Made by a program: the position numbers and the translations under genes
Origin: Chiloscyllium plagiosum
Taxonomy: Eukaryota
NCBI RefSeq assembly: GCF_004010195.1
Contig: NC_057751.1
Span: 15,484,241-15,548,240, forward strand
DNA: 64,000 bases
Direction: 5' to 3'
In this document: positions 50,621-62,898 of the stretch, piece after piece
Numbering within the stretch: the first letter of the stretch is position 1
How the letters are laid out: every line of letters begins with the position of its first letter
Notes under the pieces: generated by a model
Told to the model about the DNA's origin: nothing
Seen by the model: only the letters and a program-made list of their open reading frames with translations
The model's database searches: none

Positions 50621-53600
50621 ATATTGCAAGAGTCACAGTCTGTTAGGAAGGTTACACTCTCCGAGTTGCTCCCAGTTCAGGTGATCTATCAAACCAAGGT
50701 CCCTTTAAGAATTAGATGAAAGAATCCATTATACTATTTAATAAAGAATAAGTGGGTTCTCCTCCATCTCCTGCTCCACAACTAGTATTGTTACAACAGC
50801 TATCTGATCATTCATGAGCATTCTGCAGTATGTGGCAGATTGCTGTGTGCCAAGTGGGCTGTCAAGTCTCCGACATTAAATAATGCCAATATATCAGGCT
50901 GCAAAACGCACTGGAACGTGTTGAGATCTCCAAAGGCGCTATATAAATGCAAGTTCTTTGCTTGTATTTTTGATCCTTTCAGCCACTTGGCTGACATACC
51001 AGGAGAAAACCTGCCAGATGGAAGCACTGGATTGAGGAAGCAGAACTGTCCAGCTCTCCTGGTTAATGCCTCTGCCAGCTTCGTCTACCAACTGTTCATG
51101 AGCAATATCTTATCTTGGAGGGATGATGCTTCAAACATTGTCAGCTTACCTGCTGATTCACTACAATATGACCTTTCATTAAAAGTTCTGAACACTTATG
51201 AAGGCAGGTCACTGGACCAGAAACATTAACTCAATTTTCTCTCTACAGATGCTACCAGACATGCTGAGTTTTCCCAGCAATTTCTAGCCTCCGTAATTAT
51301 GTGGTTATCTTTTGTTTCCTACTTTATGTTTATAGTCCTTGGCTTTAATCTCCCGATATCTCCCTGATCAAATCCTTTCGTAATCTTAAAGAACTGCTGA
51401 GGGTGACCCCTTCTGCCTTCTCTGTCCAATCAGAGAATGATTATAATAGAAAAGGTGACCATTCAGCCTGTTGTGTCCATGTTGGCCCTCAGCGAGGGCA
51501 GATGTTTAGCTCCACTTTTCCCTTGCCAACTTCCTCTCTTCAGTTCACTGCTTAATTCCCCTTTGAAAGCTTCGACTGAACCTGCTCCAGCACACTCTGA
51601 GGCCATGAATTCCAAACTGCTGCATTAAGAAATGCTTTTCCTCACATCACAATTGGTTCTTTGGCCCTCTGGCTCTCGATCCTTCTGCCAACAAGAACGG
51701 TCCCTCTTCTATCTTTCCTGATAGATACAGCCTCCCAGTTTTGGCAGCACCTTCACGAGCATTTTTTATTTATTGCACCTTCTCCAATACTGCTGGAAAT
51801 GCTTGTTGTGATGGAGAGAAGTGTTGCGCACTGCAGTTTAACTGAAGTGCAAATGCTAGTTCAATTTCAAATTCACTTTCCAGATTTTCAATGCTATTCT
51901 TTTTGAAATGAACCCCAGAGATTGATTTGTATTTGTGCTCAGCCCAGGGTTCAGGTTTGTTAATATAGAGTAATACTGCAAAAGAGGCAGCTTCATTCTA
52001 ACAGTGAAACACACACAGCTCAATTCAACCTAATCCGCATTAATCTGTCAATCAAGGCACGAGGATAAAGGTTAAATAGAGGTTACAATTAAGTCAAGTG
52101 GAGGCAAAATGTGTCACAGTAAAAAGCAATGGAAAACACCTGATTCTCTTGAATGCTGCAAGGCAAAGAACATTATCTGCGGTAATAAAGTAGAATGCTT
52201 TCTCGCTGGAATATATACATAAAAAATGAAACAAGCTCGTCAAACACTCTCGCTGAACATCAGCCAGATGCCCTCAGTGCTCTCAAAGTCAGAACGACAC
52301 GTGTCACAGTTGGCAAAGGCACAGATTTCCCAGCTCCCTCCTCCATCCCACATCATCCCAGTCTCAAGGAAACTTTAAACCCTCTCCTACCCTCCAGAAT
52401 CAGCAAGAGACAAAGTGAAGAGCAACTTCAAACTGCAACATGACCCTTCACACTGTGTGCCGTGCCAAACAGTTCAGGATCTGAATCAAAGATCGCAACA
52501 CTCAAGTTCACTTCCTGCAGGACAGCCCCTTCAAAGGGAGGGAACCATTTGGAGGGGTCCAAAACACAAAGGGACAACTCAGGGCTGGCAACAATGAAGT
52601 TGATGTACAACAGGATGGGCTTCTGTGTCAGACTTTAGCAACAATAGGAGGCCATTCAGCCTTTCTGCTTTGCAACTGGAATGTGACTGACTTGCTTACT
52701 TTTACCCACCTTTGCTCCATACTCCTTGATGCCTGTATTCAAGGCTATCAAGGGGTACAGCTCAGAGATTTTCTCATGCCTGACTGCTCTGCAATACTGA
52801 TAGCCCACAAAACAAACTTGACTAAACATATATACATTCACCCAGAACTTAAGTCATACAAATCTCCTTTTCTCTGCCTTAAGTGGAGAACCCCTGATTA
52901 AACTGTATTCCCGAGTTCTTGATCCAAAGGGAAACCTCCTCTCGGCATCCTCCTTGCAAAGACGCCCTCAGAATCATATGTGTTTCAACAAGATTCCTTG
53001 AATCTCCAAAGAATATTGGCCAAACACTCCCTCACAAGTCAACCTTCTTAATCTTTGGAGCTTCCAGTGGAGGTGTATCTCTCCTCTAGTAAGAGAGCCA
53101 AAACTGAACACAATACGCTAGGTACCCTGGCAAGGTCCTTAAAGGTCAGGGGTTTAAAAAAAAAGCAAGTCAATCTAGAGCTCTTGGGCCAATTTGGAAC
53201 ATAAAATCTCACGTCCAGCTTTTGAAAATCAAGTTTGTGTATAAATTGGTGAGATACCAGAGGCAGATGGTACAGTTTCACTGAGCCAAGGAGCCACAAT
53301 TCAAGGCTTTTGAAAACAAGCAGGGATCATGTATTCTTGTTTCTTTGATTCATATTGGGAAACCAAAGATACGATTAGGAAGCAGTGGCAGAATTAATGT
53401 TTTGCCTGAAGAAGTTGTGAAGACGGAAGAGCTGGAAGGAGTTTGGGGTTCTACAGCTCTGCAATCCAGGGAAAAGACAGTCAGAGATCACGAGCCAAAG
53501 TCAAGGTTCTGGACAGGCAAGGAGAAAGAGGGAGAAAGACAGTGTTCCGAAACAAACTTAATTTCATCTCATGGCCCAAGACCAGTAAAGACAATAGCTG

Positions 53601-53739
53601 AGAAGAAATTCTCTGGTTGCCTTATTCAGAGTTTATGGCAAGTGAAAATTCAAAATGCACGGCACCAGTGCATTCTCCCCTTATATTTAATGGTATCACC
53701 ACTGCTGAATCACTTCCTGTCAACACTCTCAGGAATACA

Positions 53740-54345
53740 ATTGACTAGAAACTAGCTAGACTATCCATATAAATTCTGGAGCTGCAAGAATCAGTCAGAG
53801 ACGGAGAATTTTGTAGTGAGTAACTCACTTCCTAACTCCCCAAAGCTTGTCCACCATATATCAGGCAAAAGTGCCTTGCCTGGATGAGTAAAGGTCCAAC
53901 AACACTCAGGAAGCTCAAAACCATCCAGGGCAAAGCAGCCTACTCGATCGACACCCCAGCCATCACCCATAATGTTCACTGCCTTCACCACCGACGCTCA
54001 GTAGCAGCAGTGTGTGTGACCTACAAGTTGCACTGCTGCAACTCACCAAAGCTTCTTAGACAGCACCTTCCAAACCTACGACCACTACTATCTAGAAGGA
54101 CAAGGGCGGTAGACACATGGGAACACCACCCCCTGTAAATTCCACTCCAAGCCACTCACTGTCCCGATTTAAAAATATACTTCGGTCTTTCACTGTCAGC
54201 TGGGTCAAAATCCTCCCTAATTGCACTGTGTGTGTGTCTACGCCAAATAGACTGCAGCAGTTCAAGGAGGCAGCTCATGACCATCTTTGTCAGGGCAATT
54301 AGGGAGAGGCAGCAAATGATGGACTTGCCACATCCAAAAATAATA
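53740..54345 (+). mobile_element. LINE 3' fragment, same family as 1-482
   Basis: PTTLRKLKTIQGKAAYSI...LLRQHLPN; same tail. Confidence 0.75.
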
Positions 54346-54814
54346 AGGAAAATAAAACATACTTATATATGCCAAGACAACAGAAACAAAAAAAAACTGA
54401 CAATCCTGACATAAGGTAAAAGCTGCTCGTCGGATGCTGCCTGAATTGCTGTGCTCTTCCAGCACCAGAATCCTGACATAAGACAAACTGCTCTACAGGG
54501 CAACAGCTCTTGAACTCTATCCAACTTGACAACATTGCTGACTGTAAGTTTTGAGTAGGAGGGCCCTTCTCCAACATTTCCAGCTGGACTATCTCAGCAG
54601 GGATTCACTTCAGATGACCAACAACCACTATGACAGGATAAGTCAAAGCAAAAAGTCTATTTGTTTTGGCAGGGGCTGCTCTTGCATATTCTTTAAATGA
54701 AGAAAAGTAGGTTCAAGCTACTGTCCAGCAATTAAGATTTTTTTTTTAACTCATAAATATGGGAAGGAATTGTATTCAAAATCAATGATAAAAATAATCT
54801 ATTCAACAGCTTCA

Positions 54815-55145
54815 GGGCGGCACGGTGGCTCAGTGGTGAGCACTGCTGCCTCACAGCACCAGGGACCTGGGTTCAATTCCCGCCTCGGGTGACTGTGTGG
54901 AGTTTGCACATTCTCCATGTGTCTGCATGGATTTCCTCCATGCGCTCTGGTTTCCTCCCACAATCCAAAAGATGTGCAGGTTAGGGTGAATTGGCCATGC
55001 TAAATTGCCCATAGTGTCAGGTTCAGGTGCATCAGTCAGGAGTAAATATAGGGTAGGGTCTGGGTGGATTACTCTTTGGAGGGTCGGTATGGACTTGTTG
55101 GGCCGAAGGGCCTGCTTCCATACTGTAGGTAATCTAATGTAATCA
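54815..55145 (+). mobile_element. HE1-type SINE, full length
   Basis: gggcggcacggtggctcagtgg (A box), gggttcaattcc (B box), tail ggccgaagggcctgcttccatactgtagg-taatct. Confidence 0.92.
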
Positions 55146-56574
55146 GTAAACACAGGGTGAGTGGGTGTGATGTCACTAGGAACGTATCTGTCAGGGCAGA
55201 TTCAGTATGCGTTCAGTATCCATTATGATCTGCCTTGGACGGCTGTTCTTCATGTCCCATTTCCACAGCAAGCAGGCACATCTTCCCAAGCCCATCTTCA
55301 TATGGTTGAGTCTTGCTTAGGTTTTCTGTGGAAGGTCAAAACCACTCAAATCACTCTCCAGTGTGCACTATGATGAATGTAGGCAACTAGAAGGTATGCC
55401 ATTGAGAAGTGGGACTTTTGTTGGCTTACAGGGTACAAAGAGTGTGCTTATAGGCACTATGTGGTTTTCAGAAGAATGCCTGTGCTCTTACTGAGGTCCT
55501 GTGTGCCATGCTAATTTTCACTCAGTGCTGTTCTTTATGGAAATTGGGAAGTTCAGCGCGTGCTAGAGCAGGAGGCCTCTCAACCTGTGTTGGTCTCAAT
55601 GTCCCAGAAATAACCCTCAAGGCTTTCCACAAATGTGCATAGGTGTAAATGTTGGTCTGGCATCTCCTGACCCAGGCTGAGCTGCAGCACACTGCTTTAG
55701 GACGTGTCAACCAGTGAACAGTGCATTGGTTCTCTTGCTCCATGGGATAGCTTCCCTGTCCTCCGAGTAATTTAAGTGGAAGGCCAAGTCTTGGCAGCAC
55801 TTTGGATGACGCCTCCATTTTCTGAAGGAGACATTGGGAGAGCATCCATCTTCAGTGAGGGCTTTCTGAATGACCCAACATTCTTTATCTACCTGGGGAA
55901 GCCAGCAGAGAGAAAATATTTCTGCTGGTTGGGCAGCTGAGATAAGCTGTAAACATTTGGGTCCAACTTTTCAGGATATTGTGAAACACAAGGTGGAGCT
56001 GATGACCAATCAATTGATATGTCTGAATTACAAAAATAAAACGTTTCCATCAATGCTGGACTCAAGCATCACAATTATTTATCCTAGCCCAAAACCAAGA
56101 AAAGAATCATTTTTTTGTGCAGAGATTGTGAACTGAGTAAAAAACCCGAGGAAGGGAATTATACTTTGGTTTCCTGTCTGATAAGACTCTTCCAGGACAA
56201 TGGATATCTGATAGAATCGTACTGTACTGTGCATGAGCATCAAAGAAAGAGCTTATTATTGTAAAATGCCTTTGGGAAACTGCAAATAGAAACCCCAGAG
56301 CACTTCACAGCCGGTCACATGCTCGTGAACAGTAGATATGCTTGGAGAATGCACAGCAAGATCCCCGAAAGAACAGTTTGATGAATGGACAGTGAAACTT
56401 GTGACTCAGATGTGAGGAAACCTCATCTTCTCTGCTTTGAATTAGCCACCAGGTCACTTATATACATTGAAACAAAGAATTATGACACTTCAATATTTCC
56501 TCAAATCCAAGTGTTTTCGGTAACACAGCACTTCTGCAATACTATCTTGCTGACGGTGAAATGATTCCTCATTA

Positions 56575-56860
56575 TTATCACACTGCAGCGTAGCACCCCC
56601 TCAATACTTTCACTCTGACGATGCCACGCTCTCTCAGGGATTGCTCTTTGGCATTACAGTGCTTCTTCAGAACTGCATTTCTGCAGTGGTGCCTCAGTAT
56701 CATCCTTCCAATCGTGCAGTACTCCCTCAACAATGACCCTCTGAGAATGCAGCACTCCCTCAATACTGACCTGACAGTGCGGCACTTCCTTAGTACTAAC
56801 CCTCCAACAGTGCGGAGCACCCTCATAAAGTGTTGACCCTTCGACAGTGCAGCACTCATT
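56575..56860 (-). repeat. Degenerate ~33 bp tandem repeat, same family as 50215-50620
   Basis: Repeated gcagcactccctcaatactgacc. Confidence 0.7.
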
Positions 56861-57322
56861 CAGAAATGATGAGAGGGAGGGGATTAGATGGATTGGGTCA
56901 AAAAGGTGAATGAGGAAGGGGAGGAGATAGAAGAAAGAGAGAATGGGGCATGGGCTTGGAAAGCAAGGGAGAAGACAAGGATGAGGTAGAAGGAAGAGCC
57001 GGGGGAGGAGGGAAGGGGCTGAGGGAAGTGGAATGAAGAGGAGGGCAAGATTTGACAGAAACAACAGTCTGCTGAGGAACTGATTACTTTTTATTGGATC
57101 TGCAATTCTCCTGAATTTTGCTTTCTGATGTCTGCATTTTCATACAAATCTTTTGAGTACTTCCTACGTTCGGGAAAACTGTAGCTCTGCCTCAGGCCTG
57201 TAATAGGTGACCTTTCAACATAGACCTGCATTACTGGATCTAACAGCAGGCTTCACCTCAATCTGTGACGCAAAGAAAAACAGCAGGCAAAGCCTCCAGT
57301 TTGTTACGAATGAGAAACCTTA

Positions 57323-57487
<165 letters not shown>

Positions 57488-57614
57488 CTAAGCGATTAAA
57501 CACAAGTGGGCATTTTCTCTACATGTGGGTTTCCAAGTACACCTCACCACAAAAAAGATATTGTGTATAGGGAGGATGTATGTATGAGAGTGTTTGGAAT
57601 GGGTTGGGGTTTAT

Positions 57615-60600
57615 TCGAGTGATAGAGTCCTACAGCATGGAGACAGGCCCTTTGGCCCAAACTGGTCCATGTCGACCAAAATGTCCACCCACGCTAACCC
57701 CATTTCCCTGCACTTGGCCCATATCCTTCTAATCCTCTCCTGTCCATATATTTGTCCAAATGCCTTTTAAATGTTGTTAATGTACACACCTCAACCACTT
57801 TCGCTGGCAGCTCATTCCATATTTGTACCACCCTCTGTGTAAAAAGGTTGCCCCTCAGGTTCTTTCCCTTCTAACCTTGAACTATTCCTTGATTCCCTAA
57901 CCCTGGGAAAAAGATTGACTGCATTCACCCTATCCATGCCTCTCATGATCTCATACACTTCTGTAAGGCCACCTCTCAGTCTCCTATGTTCTACTGAAAG
58001 AAGTGCGAGCTGGTCCAACCGCTCCCTGTAACTCAGATCATTGAATCTCAGCAACATCCTTGCTAATTTCTTCTGCATTCTTTCCAGTTTAATTACATCT
58101 TCTGATAACAAGGTGACCAAAACTGAACACAGTGCTCCAAGTGTGGCCTCACCAACATCCTGTTTGACTGCAACATAATTTCTCAAGTTTTATACTCAAT
58201 GCTCTGACTGATGAAGGCCAGAAGCCTTCTTCACTGCCCTGTCTACCTATGACTCCACTTTCAGAAAACCGTGCACCTGAACTCTAAGATCCCTCTGTTC
58301 TACTGCACCCCTTAAGGCCCTCTCATTTATCATGAAACTCCTACCTTGATTTGACTTTCCAAAATGCAAGATTTCACACTTATCTAGATTAAATTCCATT
58401 TGCCTTTGCTCAGCCCACTCCCCCAGCTGATCAAGGTCCTGCTGCAATTTCTGATAACCTTCCTCGCTGTCCATGATACTGCCTATTTTCGTGTCATCAG
58501 CAAACTTACTAATCATGCCTTGTACATTCTCATCCAAATTATTGATCTAAATAACAAATAGTAATGGGTCCAGCATCGATCCCTGAGACACGCCACTAGT
58601 CACAGGCCTCCAGCCTGACAAGCATCCTTTCACTTTTCTCTCTGCTTCCTGCCATCAAGCCAATTGTGCCTCCAATTTGCCAGCTCGCCCTGGATTCCAT
58701 GTGATCGAACCTTCCAGAGCAGCCTACCATGTGAAACCTGATCAAAGGCCTTACTGAAATCCATAAAGACTCCGTCAACCTTTGTGGTCACTTCATCAAA
58801 GAACTCTAACAAATTAGTGAGGCATGATTTCCCAATCTCAAAGCCATGCTGACTACTCCTAACCTATACCTCAGAACCTTCTTGAGCAATTTATCCACCA
58901 CAGGGTTACTGGTCTATAGTTCTCAGGTTTTTCTTTGTAGCCTTTCTTGAATAATGGCACAACATTCACTACCCTCCAGTTTTCTGGAATCGCACTGTGG
59001 CAAACGATGATGCAAGAATCTCAGCCAAGGCCCCCGCAATTTCTTCTCTAGCATCATGCAGTGTTCTTGGATATGTCTGGTCAGGACGAGGAGATTCGTC
59101 TATCTTCATATATTCTAATACATCTACGCCTCCTCGACTGTGATATGGACTGTCCCCAAATTCCCAAATGTTCATGTCTTTCTCCAGGGTGAACAGAGGA
59201 GAAATATTCATTGAAAACCTTGCCCATCTCCTGCAGTTCTACACATACATGTCCACTTTGGTCCTTGAGGGGTCCTATTCTCCCTCTCATTACTCTTTTT
59301 CCTTTAATATACTTAAAGTACCTCTTTGGATTCAACCTAACTTTCCCAGCCAAGGCTATCTCATGCCCCCTTTTCGCCCTCCTGATTTCCTTCTTCAGTA
59401 AACTCCCTGTATTCCCGACATACCTCGAGGGATTCCTTTGATCCCAGATGTCTTGAACCACGTCTCCTTCTTTCTTCTGGTCAAAGCCTCAATATCTTTG
59501 TCATCCAGGCTTCCCTATTCCTGCCAACCTTGCCCTTCACCCTCACAGGAACATATGGCACAGTGGCTCAGTGGTTAGCACTGCTGCCTCCCAGTGCCAG
59601 GGACCTGGGCTCGATTCCGGTCTGCTTGAAGTTTGCATATTCTCCCCGTGTCTGCGTGGGTTTCCACCAGGTGCTCTGGTTTCCTCCCATACTCCAAAGA
59701 TGTGCAGGTTAGGTGAACTGGCCATGCTCAATTGCCCATACTGTTCAGCGATGTGTGGGTTAGGTACATTAGGGGTAAACGTGGGATAATAGAGTAGGGG
59801 AATGGTTCTGGGTGGGTTGCTCTTCCAAGGGTTGGTGTGGATTTGTTGAACTGAAGGGGCTGTTTCCACACCGTTGGGATTCGAAGTAAATATCGACCTT
59901 GAACTTTAGCTATCTCACTTGTGAAGGCCTCCCACTTGTCGGAGGTCCCTTTGCCTGCAAACAAACCACACCAATCAACCCCTACACGCATCTGTCTTAC
60001 TCCATCAAAATTCGCCTTGCCCCAATTTAGAGCTTGAACCTGTAGACCAGTTTTGCCCCTGTCCATAACTATTTTATAATTAATAGAGCTATGGTCACTG
60101 GTCTCAAAGTGCTCCCCCAGTGTCACCTCTATCACCTGTCCTGCCCTATTTCCCAAGAATAGGTCAAATTTTGCCTCTTCCCGAATAGGACCCTCTATAT
60201 ACTGTTTGAGGAAACGTTCCTGATTGCACTTAACAAATTCCAGCCGATCTAAGACCTGAACGCTCTGGCAATCCCAGTCCATGTCAGAAAAATTAAGATC
60301 CCCTACTATGACAATCCTATTGCTCCTGCAAGTCTCCCCAATCTCCCTGCATATTTGTTCCTCTAATTCCCCTTGCCTATTTGGAGGCCTATAGTACATC
60401 CTCTAAAACGTCACCATCGCCAATCGAGTTTAAACCCTCCCTTGTAGCACAAGCAAACCTGGCCGCCAAGATATTGGTCCCCCTCCAGTTCAGGTGTAAC
60501 CCATCCCTCTTGACCAAGTCACCTCTGCCCCAATGATCTAAAAATCTGAATCCCTGCCCCTGCACCAGTTCTTGAGCCAAGCATTCATCTGTCATATCCT

Positions 60601-61345
60601 GCTGTTCTTACCCTCACTATCATGTGGCATTGGAAGCAAAATGGAGATTATCACCAGAGTGGTCCTGGTTTTTAATTTTTTTCCTCGCTCTCTACAATTA
60701 CTGTGCAGGACTTCATTCCTATTTCTACCTATGTTCTTTATGCCAATGTGCACAATGACTTCTGGCTGCTCACTCTACCCCTTGAAAACTTTCTGCAGCC
60801 GCTCTGAGACATCCTGGACCTTGGCACCTGGGAGGCAACACACCATCCTGGATTCCTGTTTGCAGCCACAGTATCCCCTGTCTGTCCCCCAACCAGCGAG
60901 TCTCCTATCACTAAGGTCCTATTGACCTTTACCCTTTCCCGCTCTGCCCCAAAGCCAGTCGCAGAGCCACCAACCTGGCTGCTGCCGCTTTCCCCTGAAT
61001 GGTCATCCCCCAGAAGATTATCCACAATGGTATACTTGTTTTCGAGGGGAATGGCCACGTGGATTCCTGCACTCTCTGCCTACTCCCTTTGACATTCCTG
61101 GTGGTCACCCAGCTACACTCTGCCTGCACCTTAGGTGTGACCACCTCACTAAAACTCTTATCTATGATGTGCTCAGCACCTCGGATGATCCTGAGTACAT
61201 CCATCTCCAGCTCCCGAACACGGTCACCCAGGAGCTGCAGCTGGGTGCACATCCCACAGATGTTGTCATCAGGGTCGATGGAAGTATCCCTGAGCTCCCA
61301 CATCCTGCAGGAGGAATATGCGACTTCCCTCACTGCCATCTCATC
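57615..61345 (-). mobile_element. Near full-length decayed CR1 LINE: ORF1 (Zn-finger/coiled-coil and SGNH esterase) and ORF2 (AP endonuclease and RT)
   Basis: CRMWE..CGMCTQLQLL; LVIGDSLV; DGLHLNWRG; YYRPPN..IVGDLN; SDHSSI; MDFSKAFD; SKFADDTK; CR1 3' tail; frameshifts and deletions present. Confidence 0.93.
59553..59882 (+). mobile_element. HE1-type SINE nested in the CR1, in opposite orientation
   Basis: ggcacagtggctcagtggttagcactgctgcctc...gctgtttccacaccgttgggattc. Confidence 0.88.
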
Positions 61346-61459
61346 TGCTGTAAAACTAAAAACTATTTTTTAGAAACCTAATGGAAAACTAATAGAATAA
61401 AAAATGATTCTTGACCAAATTCTGACACACAATTTCAAGTCCATTGTCTTTCATGGGGA

Positions 61460-61810
61460 ATGCGTGTAACTGTGAAAGGCCAGCATTTGCTGCCCACTCT
61501 GAATTGCTCTTGAATTGACAGGCTTGCTTGGCCTTTTCAAAGGGCAATTAGGAGTTAACCATGTTTCTATGATCTGGAGCCACATGTAGGCCAGACCATG
61601 TAGGGAAGGCAGATTTGCAAATCAGATGCTCTATTTTTTAAATGACTATTATAGTTCTCATGGTCACAGTTACTGAAATTATATTTTTAACTCATCAATT
61701 GAACTAAAATTCCACTGTGGTGGGATTCAAGCCCATGTCCCCATAACATTAGCCCTGTCCTCTGGTCCAGCAGCATGCCCAGTGACACTACCACTACACC
61801 ACCAGCTTCC
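61460..61810 (-). mobile_element. tRNA-like SINE sharing the tail of the 1-482 LINE family (other copies ~4840-5125, 16850-17120(+), 23190-23500, 27580-27950, 35075-35330, 63250-63580)
   Basis: Recurrent ggccagcattt..gcccatcc..gcccttga..ccatttcagagggcagttaagagt..ggcagattt..gggatttgaaccc. Confidence 0.65.
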
Positions 61811-61955
61811 CAGTCAGAGAAGTTCCCTAATCACATTGAAGGTGTATCGAAGAAGTGAGGTGTAGCTTGTATTCATATAGCACCTTCTGGTCCTGCATCG
61901 GCACTTGATCCCACAACCCTCCGACTTAGAAGGAAGAGGCAGCAGCCACCCTTAC

Positions 61956-62134
61956 CTGGCTGGATGTTCTCCCTTACGATGGTCACATGGTGGTCCCGGT
62001 CAGGCCTCGTGTGCTCGTGCCAGAATCCAATGACGTGGCCCAGCTCGTGCACGACAATCCCAAATTTGTCGCAGTTCTTCCCGATGGAGATGGCCTGGGG
62101 TCCTCCACCTCTCCGACCCACATAGGAACAACAG
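61956..62134 (-). CDS. bmp1: BMP1 exon ~5: astacin catalytic zinc-binding motif
   Basis: ctacag|...CCAG|gtaag; encodes [59 protein letters not shown] (HExxHxxGxxH); 179 nt. Confidence 0.97.
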
Positions 62135-62699
62135 CTGTAGAGAAGCAAACCACACAGAGCCTTGTGAGAAATGGAAGGGGCCTTTCGTTTCTTGGTGGAC
62201 CAACAATATCTCTGCCAATTCTGAACAGTCCTCACCCCACCATGTCCCTCACCCTCAGTGCTACCGCTACCATTTGGACGTGGGACATTGACACTGGGGA
62301 GGGCAGATGGCTAGCATCATATGACTTCAACTTAAGATCAACCCCAAAATTTGTCCAATCGTCCTTTCCCAATCTATTAATACACTGCTCCCATGCTAAC
62401 AGCACGGAAAAGAATTTAAGCAACAATTCTACTCCAACTCCCCATGCCCCCAGCATGACACAAAGCCCCACTTTTCAAGGAGCTGATAGGGGCTGAAGGA
62501 AGTAGAGGCAAAGGGAGGGGAGGAAATGGGAAAAGAGGAGGAAATGGTTCAAATGACATTCTGAACAGAACATTTCCACTCCTATAGGCCCTGGCAGGTC
62601 AGCATTTACATTTTGAGTCCTCCCTTGGCTGTTAAGATGTGAGGTGGGACTCTAATCCAGAGCTCAGGGCTCAGAGCCAGGAACATTACCTGGGTGCAC

Positions 62700-62898
62700 G
62701 TTTCTCCCCAGCTCACTCCCCTCCCATTTATTCCCAGCTCCCTCGTACACACTCCTCCGCCCCCACAATTCCTGATGAAGGGCTTATGGCTGAAACATCA
62801 ATTTTTCCTGCTCCTTGGATGCTGCCAAACTTGCTGTGCTTTTCCAGCACCACACCTGTTGACTCTGATCTCCAGCATCAGCAGTCTGCACTTTCTTC
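62700..62898 (+). mobile_element. Penelope-like terminal fragment with hammerhead-like core
   Basis: CTGATGAagggcttatggctGAAACATC at 62772-62799; same tail as 29660-29750. Confidence 0.72.

Noticed and set aside
54815..54890. tRNA gene (A/B boxes)
   Set aside because: It is the tRNA-derived head of an HE1 SINE, continuing into SINE body and LINE tail; the same applies to other copies.
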